DNA from: an uncultured Gammaproteobacteria bacterium
Lineage (GTDB): Bacteria; Patescibacteriota; Microgenomatia; Woykebacterales; RBG-16-39-9b
DNA length: 64,000 nucleotides
Direction of reading: 5' to 3'
Assembly: GCA_965231125.1 (NCBI GenBank)
Contig: OZ246414.1
Span: 448,137-512,136 of the forward strand
Shown here: positions 29,189 to 37,072 of the stretch, piece by piece
Position numbering within the stretch: position 1 is the first letter of the stretch
How the letters are laid out: the number at the start of each line of letters is the position of its first letter
The notes under the pieces: generated by a model
Told to the model about the DNA's origin: nothing
The model's database searches: none
Seen by the model: the letters and a program-made list of their open reading frames with translations, nothing else
Position numbers and translations under genes: made by a program

Positions 29189-29986
29189 ATGGATGATGTT
29201 CCTGGTCAAACTCCAAATCAAACTCCACCGGCACCAAAAGTGGATCAATCAGGAAGTGCCGGCATTTCTTGGGGCAAAATAGTTTTAACTGTCGCAATTA
29301 TCCTCGCGGTCACCGCTGCCCTTGCCGGTGGGTATTGGTACTTGGTTCTTAACAAATCGGAAAGTAACGTTAACACCGCGCCAATCAAAGTCTCCACACC
29401 CAGCGCGAAAGTCTCCACAAAATCCGCCACACCCTCCGCCAAAAAAGTCGATACATCTGATTGGAAAACATACAAGGGTAGAACAGATGGGTTCTCGCAA
29501 TTTGGATTTAAATACCCACCGACATGGCTATCAGGAGACCCAACCATCGGTTCTCCGTACAATATCGCTACTGGCAATAAAGATTACTACGTGGGAGAAG
29601 GGTGCCCTGAGCATTTTGCCCAAGATGGAGAGGCCTTTTTGAGAGCGGACTCTGATTATGTAGATACAGAGACAAGTCTTTCTGCGTTCGTATATGACCA
29701 AAGAAAACACAATCCATTTACTGATCCCGCAACTCGCGTTGAGGAAAGGACTCTCAAGATTGGTGGCCGAGAAGCGATGGAATTTATCTACACCAATGGT
29801 AATACTAAACAACCCGAAAAAGCGCTTGGTTGTTCATCACTAAGGAAAACAGATGTTGTTGTTAAAGTAGTTACAATAGAAAAAAATGGTAAAAAATTCT
29901 GGATTGATTTTAGGTATTCAACAAAAGGAAGTAATAGTTATGCTTCTATTTTTGAAGCCATTCTTTCAACCTTCAAATTCCTCTAA
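29189..29986 (+). CDS. Single-pass surface protein, family copy D
   Basis: TM helix, KVSTPSAKVSTKSATPSAKKVDTSDWKTY, FKYPPTW, C-terminal FEAILSTFKFL. Confidence 0.82.
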   Translation: MDDVPGQTPNQTPPAPKVDQSGSAGISWGKIVLTVAIILAVTAALAGGYWYLVLNKSESNVNTAPIKVSTPSAKVSTKSATPSAKKVDTSDWKTYKGRTDGFSQFGFKYPPTWLSGDPTIGSPYNIATGNKDYYVGEGCPEHFAQDGEAFLRADSDYVDTETSLSAFVYDQRKHNPFTDPATRVEERTLKIGGREAMEFIYTNGNTKQPEKALGCSSLRKTDVVVKVVTIEKNGKKFWIDFRYSTKGSNSYASIFEAILSTFKFL

Positions 29987-29990
29987 CAAT

Positions 29991-30044
29991 TGTCATGCTG
30001 AATTTATTTCAGCATCTAGATCCTGAACCAAGTTCAGGATGACA
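29991..30044. repeat. GTCAT...ATGAC REP-like double hairpin
   Basis: TGTC-ATGCTGAA tttat TTCAGCAT-ctag-ATCCTGAAC caa GTTCAGGAT-GACA. Confidence 0.75.
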
Positions 30045-30086
30045 TCTTTGATTTTCAACCCAATCACACTATGTTAAAATCTCTTT

Positions 30087-30386
30087 GTGGTTAAGTATAA
30101 ATCAAAACTCGGTAAAGAAATCGAACTAACCGATGAACGTTTGGAACACATTTTAGCCTTCCACCCGGAAATAGCAGAACACCTAGATAAGTTCAGCGGG
30201 GTTTTGTTAAACCCCAATGAAATTAGAATTAGCCCAACCGACAAGAAAGTGTTGCTGTTTCATAAAAGATTTGGTAATATTGAAGCTGGAAAGTATTTGA
30301 GGATTGCTGTTGAAACTAACGAGCGTTGGTTTATACTTACGGTATATTTAACAAACAGATTGGTAGGTGAGGTTTATGATCTCTAA
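30087..30386 (+). CDS. Putative RelE/BECR-fold nuclease toxin
   Basis: IELTDERLEHI..HPE, YLRIAV, FILTVY; coupled to a DUF2283-like gene. Confidence 0.65.
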   Translation: MVKYKSKLGKEIELTDERLEHILAFHPEIAEHLDKFSGVLLNPNEIRISPTDKKVLLFHKRFGNIEAGKYLRIAVETNERWFILTVYLTNRLVGEVYDL

Positions 30387-30615
30387 GAACGTTTTGAACA
30401 TTTTGTATGATAAAGAAGCAGACGTGTTGTATGTGTCAAAGGGAAAGCCTTCAAAGGTGGACGCCTCTGATGAAGAAAAAGATGAGGTAGTTGTTCGACG
30501 TGACCCGGAAACTAAAGAAGTCCGGGGGTTGACTATTATTAACTTTTCTAAAAAAGCTGCAAATAAAACTCTACCAATAAAACTCCCCGCCGAAATTTCT
30601 TTAGAATCAGTTTAA
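30376..30615 (+). CDS. DUF2283-like protein (probable antitoxin)
   Basis: YDKEADVLYV...VRRD...VRGLTIINF pattern; ORF track start 30367. Confidence 0.8.
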   Translation: MISKNVLNILYDKEADVLYVSKGKPSKVDASDEEKDEVVVRRDPETKEVRGLTIINFSKKAANKTLPIKLPAEISLESV

Positions 30616-30631
30616 TCAATTTGGTAAAACC

Positions 30632-31258
30632 ATGCCTGAAACTCCGAATTCAATCCAAAATCCCACACCACAAACATCCGCAAATGGATTTTCTTGGTCG
30701 AAAGTAATTTTAACTGTTGTTATTATCGTGGCAGTCGTAGGAATTATCGGCGGAGCCTATTGGTACCTTGTTCTCAATAAATCGGAAAGTAACGTTAACA
30801 CCGCGCCAATCAAAGTCTCCACACCCAGCGCGAAAGTCTCCACAAAATCCGCCACTGCCTCCGCCAAAAAATCCGAAACCGCTGACTGGAAAACCTTTTC
30901 AGATTCCAAGATGGGCGTTTCTTTTAAATACCCTAGCCAATGGTTAGTAGAACCTTGTGATGAAGATTTTTCAGTCGGTCCGGAAGGATATCTTGGAACT
31001 TGTCATACTGAAAATGTTCCTCTAATTCGTATTGTCCAAAATCAATCATACTCACCAGCCGATACTTGCTCAGCGCAAGATAGGATAAACACAGAGTTGG
31101 GTGGTGAAACAGCAGTTAAATGTATTTATAAATCTACTTATGGTAAATTTACCGTTTACTACATAGCAAAGAAAAAAATTGCTATTTGGTACTACGATAA
31201 AGGTATCGATTACCAAAAAGAGTTCGATCAACTCGTTTCAACCTTCAAATTCCTTTAG
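30632..31258 (+). CDS. Single-pass surface protein, family copy E
   Basis: MPETPN, TM helix, same stalk as copy D, ETADWKTF, FKYPSQW, C-terminal FDQLVSTFKFL. Confidence 0.82.
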   Translation: MPETPNSIQNPTPQTSANGFSWSKVILTVVIIVAVVGIIGGAYWYLVLNKSESNVNTAPIKVSTPSAKVSTKSATASAKKSETADWKTFSDSKMGVSFKYPSQWLVEPCDEDFSVGPEGYLGTCHTENVPLIRIVQNQSYSPADTCSAQDRINTELGGETAVKCIYKSTYGKFTVYYIAKKKIAIWYYDKGIDYQKEFDQLVSTFKFL

Positions 31259-31265
31259 TAACATA

Positions 31266-31299
31266 TTGACCCCACTTCGCGTAAAGCTTCGTGGGGCAA
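31266..31299. repeat. REP-like hairpin
   Basis: TTG-ACCCCAC ttcgcgtaaagcttc GTGGGG-CAA. Confidence 0.55.
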
Positions 31300-31313
31300 G
31301 CACTAAAAACCCC

Positions 31314-31413
31314 TTGACACTTCCTACCTGGTTACTGGTAAAATAATGGTGGGCCCCTAAAATCCGTCCATCCGCCAACCGGCGGAGCCGGACCCCTAAC
31401 GGAGGCCTTTTTT
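31314..31413 (+). promoter_or_regulatory. pyrG promoter and candidate attenuator leader (GGGC start, GC stem, U6)
   Basis: TTGACA 31314, TAAAAT 31339, GGGCCCC at 31351; GGCC/GGCC and TCCGT/ACGGA pairing, then TTTTTT. Confidence 0.6.
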
Positions 31414-31414
31414 C

Positions 31415-31513
31415 ATGGCAAAAAATGACCAGCCTCGACTAGACGTCAAGTCTAGGCGGGATACTAAGTATATATTCTATTTTCGAGTTTTACGAGAAAG
31501 CAAGAATGTATGA
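31415..31513 (+). other. 32-codon upstream ORF / pyrG 5' remnant overlapping the pyrG start (ATGA)
   Basis: Translates MAKNDQPRLDVKSRRDTKYIFYFRVLRESKNV*; DTKYIF also begins PyrG. Confidence 0.55.
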
Positions 31514-33135
31514 GTGATACGAAATACATTTTTATATCTGGTGGTGTTATTTCCGGAATCGGAAAGGGTATCACCACCTCTTCACTAGCTGCTATTTTGC
31601 AATCCAAAGGTTTTAAAGTCTCCCCAGTAAAAATAGACATGTATTTGAATATAGACGCCGGGACCATTCGTCCGCAGGAGCACGGGGAAGTTTTTGTTAC
31701 TGATGATGGCATTGAGACAGATCAAGATCTGGGTCACTACGAGCGCTTCTTGGGGATGTCGCTTTCGAAGGTAAATTATATTACTACCGGTCAGGTCTAC
31801 CAAGAGGTTATTAGGAAAGAAAGAAGCTTTGAATATGACGGGGAAGATGTGGAGGCGATTCCGCATATAACCGACGAAATTATTCGCCGGATTAAACTTG
31901 CCGGCACAAGCAAAGGTGCCGATATAGTGTTGATTGAGCTTGGTGGTACAGTTGGCGAATACCAAAACTCTCTCTTCTTTGAAGCTTCCAGAATTCTTCA
32001 GCTCAAAAATCCCCAGACGGTTGCTCACGTGCACGTTGCCTATCTACCCATCCCAAAAAGCCTTGGCGAGATGAAATCCAAGCCAGCCCAACAATCGGTC
32101 CGAAGTTTAAACGAGATGGGGATTCAGCCGGATATTTTAGTCGGTCGGTCCGAACTGCCTATGGATGCAAGACGCAAAGAGCGCCTCGCTCTTTTTTGCA
32201 ACGTCCAGCCCGAAGACGTTATTTCAAACCCAGATGTAAGCTCAATTTACGAGGTACCCCTTATTTTAGGAAGTCAAAAAATGGGGGAGAGAGTTTTGGA
32301 AAAGCTGGGACTAGAAAGTAAAAAGAAAGATTTGTCCGAGTGGCGCGGACTGGTTGATAAAATTCACTCCTTAAAAAAGGAAGTAAAAATAGCCGTTGTT
32401 GGTAAATACTTTGCAACCGGAGATTTTCAACTCGAGGATGTCTACGTGTCGGTTATTGAAGCGCTTAAACACGGAGCTTGGAAGGCGAATGTTGTTCCCA
32501 AACTTTTCTGGATCGATTCCGATGAGTTTGAGAAAGGAGTGTCCCCGGAAAAAGTTTTAGGAGAAATGGACGGAGTTGTTGTTCCCGGAGGGTTTGGCTC
32601 TCGGGGAATTGAAGGGACGATAGAGGCAATTAAGTTTGCTAGGGAAGCTAAAAAACCGTACCTTGGGCTTTGCTACGGAATGCAACTTGCAACTGTGGAG
32701 TTTGCTCGCAATGTGGCTCGTCTCGAAGGAGCCCACACCACTGAGATTCGAAAGAACGCACCATACCAGGTAATTCATATAATGCCCGAGCAGGAAAAGT
32801 TGCTTGTAGGTAAGGAGTACGGTGGGACAATGCGGCTTGGATCGTTTCCGTGTAAGCTAAAGGCAGGCACAGTTGCAAGAGGTTCCTATGGGAAAGAAGT
32901 AATCCACGAGCGTCACCGTCACCGTTATGAATTCAACAACGAATACCGAGAAAGGCTAGAAGAAGCAGGGTTAGTAATTTCCGGGACGAGTTTGAATGGG
33001 AAACTTGTTGAAATGATTGAACTTTCTGATCATCCGTTTTTTGTTGGGACGCAGTTTCATCCCGAGTTTAAATCTAGCCCCTTGGTACCCCACCCTTTGT
33101 ACACGGCGTTTATTAGAGCGTGCTTGGAAAAATAA
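31510..33135 (+). CDS. pyrG: CTP synthase
   Basis: GGVISGIGKG, HGEVFVT, KSKPAQ, GLCYGMQ, RHRHRYE, QFHPE. Confidence 0.98.
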   Translation: MSDTKYIFISGGVISGIGKGITTSSLAAILQSKGFKVSPVKIDMYLNIDAGTIRPQEHGEVFVTDDGIETDQDLGHYERFLGMSLSKVNYITTGQVYQEVIRKERSFEYDGEDVEAIPHITDEIIRRIKLAGTSKGADIVLIELGGTVGEYQNSLFFEASRILQLKNPQTVAHVHVAYLPIPKSLGEMKSKPAQQSVRSLNEMGIQPDILVGRSELPMDARRKERLALFCNVQPEDVISNPDVSSIYEVPLILGSQKMGERVLEKLGLESKKKDLSEWRGLVDKIHSLKKEVKIAVVGKYFATGDFQLEDVYVSVIEALKHGAWKANVVPKLFWIDSDEFEKGVSPEKVLGEMDGVVVPGGFGSRGIEGTIEAIKFAREAKKPYLGLCYGMQLATVEFARNVARLEGAHTTEIRKNAPYQVIHIMPEQEKLLVGKEYGGTMRLGSFPCKLKAGTVARGSYGKEVIHERHRHRYEFNNEYRERLEEAGLVISGTSLNGKLVEMIELSDHPFFVGTQFHPEFKSSPLVPHPLYTAFIRACLEK

Positions 33136-33235
33136 TCCCCTATAAAATTGAGTATTATACATTCCCAAAACCATACACTATTATTATCACTATTTAGACC
33201 AGAAAGTAACGGTTGATAGAAAAAAGATTGATAGA

Positions 33236-33544
33236 TCAGAAGATAGAACTTTCAACAAAATCAGGGAAGGAAATTTTTTGGGAGTCTCTATCCTCCTTCT
33301 CGAATTTTCCTAAAATTTCTAAGATGCATCTAACTCCAGCCAAATTTACTCTTTTCCCGTTGGTCAGATAGCGGATAAATTGGAGAGTTTGAATGTCTTT
33401 TTGGGAGAAACGTCTCCGGTTAGTTTTAGTTCGATGAGGAATTACCAGACGTTCGTTTTCGTAGATCATTAAGGTTCTGGGGTGGACACCGATTATTTCG
33501 GCTGCAACTGACAAGGTAAACAAGGGTTTTCCTTTTGTATCCAT
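33236..33544 (-). CDS. MerR-family regulator (HspR-like)
   Basis: LSVAAEIIGVHPRTLMIYE, RRRFSQKDI, VNLAGV. Confidence 0.85.
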   Translation of the reverse strand: MDTKGKPLFTLSVAAEIIGVHPRTLMIYENERLVIPHRTKTNRRRFSQKDIQTLQFIRYLTNGKRVNLAGVRCILEILGKFEKEDRDSQKISFPDFVESSIF

Positions 33545-33752
33545 AAATCACTAAAAATATTACAATAGAAAGTAACATAAGGCAAGTGTTAAATTGTACC
33601 ATTTTATGTAATCTGGGCTACTTGACAAAAATTTGTAAAGATGTTAAATCAGGGTTGTAAGATTTTCTTGTAACGATTCGTATGAATATTCGAGCCAGTT
33701 CTTTAAGACGAAAATTTACAGGCACTAATTTACTTGAGAGGAGGTGAAGTAA

Positions 33753-34010
33753 ATGGCAATGACGACGGAAGAGGCGGGCCGTCGTGGCGGTTTAGCTGTT
33801 AAAAAAAAGTACGGACCAACATTTTATTCCGAAATTGGCCGCAAAGGTGGTCAGTCAACAAAGCGAAGCTACGGAGCCGATTTCTACTCCAAGATTGGCG
33901 AAAAGGGTGGGGAAGTGGTTAAAGAAAAACACGGCGTAGTTTTCTATTCCGATATTGGGAGGATGGGTGGACGGTCTCGCGCCCGCAAACAAATGAAGTT
34001 TGAGTTTTAA
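33753..34010 (+). CDS. KGG-repeat general stress protein (GsiB/YciG-like)
   Basis: EAGRRGG then three FYSxIGxxGG repeats; strong SD GAGGAGGTGA. Confidence 0.85.
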   Translation: MAMTTEEAGRRGGLAVKKKYGPTFYSEIGRKGGQSTKRSYGADFYSKIGEKGGEVVKEKHGVVFYSDIGRMGGRSRARKQMKFEF

Positions 34011-34087
34011 TAGTCAGTTGGGGACTGTTGGTTCCCCCGAGCACTCGGGGGAGGAATTATTTGGTGGATAGGTGGCTAGTTTAAATT

Positions 34088-34115
34088 AAATCGCTTGTTA
34101 AGCAGGCGATTTTTT
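34088..34115 (+). terminator. Intrinsic terminator between the KGG gene and ileS
   Basis: AAATCGCTTGT-TAA-GCAGGCGATTT followed by a T-run. Confidence 0.65.
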
Positions 34116-34133
34116 GGTTTAATTTAGCATGTC

Positions 34134-37070
34134 ATGTTTAAAAATGTTTCTTCGAAAGTAGATTTTCCAGAACTAGAAAGAAAAATCTTAGAAAATTGGT
34201 ATAAACAGGGAATTGTTGAGAAGTATCTCGCGAAAAACAAAGCCTCCTCTAAAAAATTCTCTTTTATCGATGGACCAATAACCGCAAATAATCCGATGGG
34301 TGTGCATCATGCTTGGGGGAGGACTTATAAAGACCTGTGGCAAAGATTTTTCAATATGAGAGGTTACAGGCAGCGTTTCCAAAATGGTTTTGACGAGCAG
34401 GGCCTTTGGGTGGAAGTGGAAGTTGAGAGGGAGCTCGGTCTTCGTACCAAAAAAGATATTGAAAACCTTGTTCCTGGAGATATCTTTGAGTCAATTGCCA
34501 AATTCGTTGATTTATGTAAAGAAAGGGTTAAAAAGTTTTCGTCTATCCAAACTGAGCAATCCAAACGCCTTGGCTATTTCATGGATTGGGACAACTCCTA
34601 CCACACATCTTCTGATGAAAACAACTACGCTATTTGGCACTATCTTAAAAATGTTCATGAAAAAGGCTGGCTTTACAAGGGACGAGATAGCGTTCCTTGG
34701 TGCCCGCGCTGCGGGACGGCCATTTCCCAACACGAGATTTTGACGGAAGAATATAAAGAAGTTGTTCATAAGGCAGTTTACTTCAAATTACCGTTAGTTG
34801 ACCGACAAAATGAATACTTGCTGGTGTGGACAACGACTCCGTGGACTATTCCCGGAAACGTTGCGGTTGCAATAAATCCCAAGGAAAAATATGTAACCTT
34901 CCACGGTGAAGGAGATGAAAAACTTTGGGTTATGGAAAAACGCCTTGCTGTTATCGGGAGCGACGAGCCTTTAGATTACAAAATGGGTAGGGAGTTAATA
35001 GGTTGGAAATATCGAGCCCCCTTTGATGACCTTACTCTTGTTCAAAAGAGTCTTAAAAATTACGTACATAGTGTGATTGATGGAGGGGAAATTGTAACGG
35101 AAGTAGAAGGTACTGGTTTGGTTCATATTGCTCCTGGTGCTGGAGAAGAGGATTTTAAACTTCACAAAGAACAAGGGTTTCCGATAATTGAGTTAATCGA
35201 CGAGGCAGCGAACTATATTGATGGTTTGGGAGAGTTTACCGGTCAAAACGCGAAAAAACATCCCGAGTTAATAATTGACTATCTTGAAAAGAAAGATGGC
35301 GGAAAGTTATTACTAAAAACCGAAAACTACAAACACCGCTACCCAACTTGCTGGCGTTGTAAAACAGAACTTGTTTGGCGAGTGGTGGATGAGTGGTATA
35401 TAGCGGTGGACAAACCGTCGAAGGAAAAAGGCAAAAGTAATCCGCCTATTGGCGTCTTGCGTTCTAGCGAACTAAAAAAGTCAAAACTAGAGCAAAAGAC
35501 GTACAGGGAACAAATGAAAGAAGTTATCAAGGAAATAAATTGGATTCCGCCGTGGGGTTACGAGAGGGAATTGGACTGGTTAAACAATTTACACGACTGG
35601 CTAATTTCGAAGGAGCGGTACTGGGGTTTAGCGTTGCCGATTTGGGAATGTGCTAAATGTGGTGATTTTGAGACAATAGGATCGAAAGAGGAGTTAAAAG
35701 GCAGAGCCGTAGAAGGCTGGGACAAGTTTGAGGGAAAGTCCCCGCACCGTCCGTTTGTAGACCTTGTAAAAATAAAATGTGCAAACTGTGGTGAGCTAGT
35801 ATCTAGGATAACCGACGTTGGTAATGTTTGGCTAGATGCAGGGATAGTTCCTTTTTCCACTCTAAAATACTTTCAAGATAAAAATTATTGGCGAGAGTGG
35901 TTTCCAGCGGATTTTATCACGGAGGCTTTTCTCGGACAATTTAAAAATTGGTTTTACTCGCTGGTTGCAATGTCAGCTGCTTTGGAAGGAACAGCCGCCT
36001 TCAAAACGTTGTTGGGACATGGTCAGGTGCGTGATGAAAAGGGTGAAGAGATGCACAAATCTAAGGGAAACGCAATTGAGTTTAATGAGGCGGCGGGCAA
36101 AATCGGAGTGGACGTTATGCGTTGGCTGTACTTAACAAGCAATCCTGAACACAACGTGAATTTTGGTTACCACGCCGCCGATGAAATTCGGCGCCGATTT
36201 TTCCTAATTTTGTGGAACGTTTATGTTTTCTTCGTAACTTATGCAAATATCGATAAATGGCAACCATCAAAAACGGAAAAGGCACCTCTTTCTGATCCAA
36301 TGGATCAGTGGATTATCTCAGAACTAAACTCTCTTATTGATTCCGTCACAAAAAATTTAGAGAAATTTGATGCGGCAAACCCTTCAAAAAAAATAGAAAA
36401 GTTTGTTTTAGATTTATCTACGTGGTACGTGCGCCGAGTGAGAGATAGGATTGGCCCGGCGGCAGACGCAGGTGAGGTTAAAAATAACACTTATCAGGTT
36501 CTTTACACAATTCTATCAGTGCTTAGTAAGTTGGTGGCCCCGCTTACTCCATTCATAAGCGAGGAAATTTATAAGAATCTAACCGGTGGAGAATCGGTGC
36601 ACTTGGTAGATTATCCTTTGGTGGATGAGTCTGTTATTGATAAGACCCTCGGTACACAAATGGGTCAAGTTAGGAAGCTTGCCGAGCTAGGGCACTCGTT
36701 GAGAAAAGGTGAGGGTGTTAAAGTTAGACAACCCTTGAATAAATTTACTTACGGTAAAGAGTTTAAGAAATTACCGGATAGCTTAGAAAAAATTCTGGCT
36801 GAAGAATTGAATGTAAAAAACATAGCGTACAATAAAGAGACGTCTTTTTCCTTAGACACCTCTATAACAGACGAATTACAAAAAGAAGGGCAAGCCCGGC
36901 AGCTTGTTAGACAAATTCAAGAAAAAAGAAAAGAGGCAGGATGTCGCCTTGATGAGTTAGTTACCGTGCAACTGCCTGACTGGCCCGAAAGTTTCGAAGA
37001 TTATATTAAACGAGAAACGTTAGCAAGAAACTTAGTTAAAAGCGCGTCCATTAGTATAATTAAAGGCTAA
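34134..37070 (+). CDS. ileS: Isoleucine--tRNA ligase, type 2 (GVHH signature)
   Basis: DGPITAN..GVHH, WTTTPWT, GTGLVHIAPG, RYWG, EMHKSKGN. Confidence 0.96.
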   Translation: MFKNVSSKVDFPELERKILENWYKQGIVEKYLAKNKASSKKFSFIDGPITANNPMGVHHAWGRTYKDLWQRFFNMRGYRQRFQNGFDEQGLWVEVEVERELGLRTKKDIENLVPGDIFESIAKFVDLCKERVKKFSSIQTEQSKRLGYFMDWDNSYHTSSDENNYAIWHYLKNVHEKGWLYKGRDSVPWCPRCGTAISQHEILTEEYKEVVHKAVYFKLPLVDRQNEYLLVWTTTPWTIPGNVAVAINPKEKYVTFHGEGDEKLWVMEKRLAVIGSDEPLDYKMGRELIGWKYRAPFDDLTLVQKSLKNYVHSVIDGGEIVTEVEGTGLVHIAPGAGEEDFKLHKEQGFPIIELIDEAANYIDGLGEFTGQNAKKHPELIIDYLEKKDGGKLLLKTENYKHRYPTCWRCKTELVWRVVDEWYIAVDKPSKEKGKSNPPIGVLRSSELKKSKLEQKTYREQMKEVIKEINWIPPWGYERELDWLNNLHDWLISKERYWGLALPIWECAKCGDFETIGSKEELKGRAVEGWDKFEGKSPHRPFVDLVKIKCANCGELVSRITDVGNVWLDAGIVPFSTLKYFQDKNYWREWFPADFITEAFLGQFKNWFYSLVAMSAALEGTAAFKTLLGHGQVRDEKGEEMHKSKGNAIEFNEAAGKIGVDVMRWLYLTSNPEHNVNFGYHAADEIRRRFFLILWNVYVFFVTYANIDKWQPSKTEKAPLSDPMDQWIISELNSLIDSVTKNLEKFDAANPSKKIEKFVLDLSTWYVRRVRDRIGPAADAGEVKNNTYQVLYTILSVLSKLVAPLTPFISEEIYKNLTGGESVHLVDYPLVDESVIDKTLGTQMGQVRKLAELGHSLRKGEGVKVRQPLNKFTYGKEFKKLPDSLEKILAEELNVKNIAYNKETSFSLDTSITDELQKEGQARQLVRQIQEKRKEAGCRLDELVTVQLPDWPESFEDYIKRETLARNLVKSASISIIKG

Positions 37071-37072
37071 TT

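Noticed and set aside
11680-31258. Diversity-generating retroelement as the source of family variation
   Set aside because: No RT and no template/variable repeat pair differing only at adenines; the middles are wholly dissimilar.
28240-31270. Integron attC sites (TAAC follows several stop codons)
   Set aside because: No matching GTTRRRY with complementary arms at a suitable distance, and no intI.
33146-33168. HAIR operator near the HspR-like gene
   Set aside because: Only a TTGAGT half-site, located downstream of the gene.
34011-34133. T-box riboswitch before ileS
   Set aside because: No TGGNACC T-box motif and too short for stem I; the hairpins fit termination of the KGG gene.
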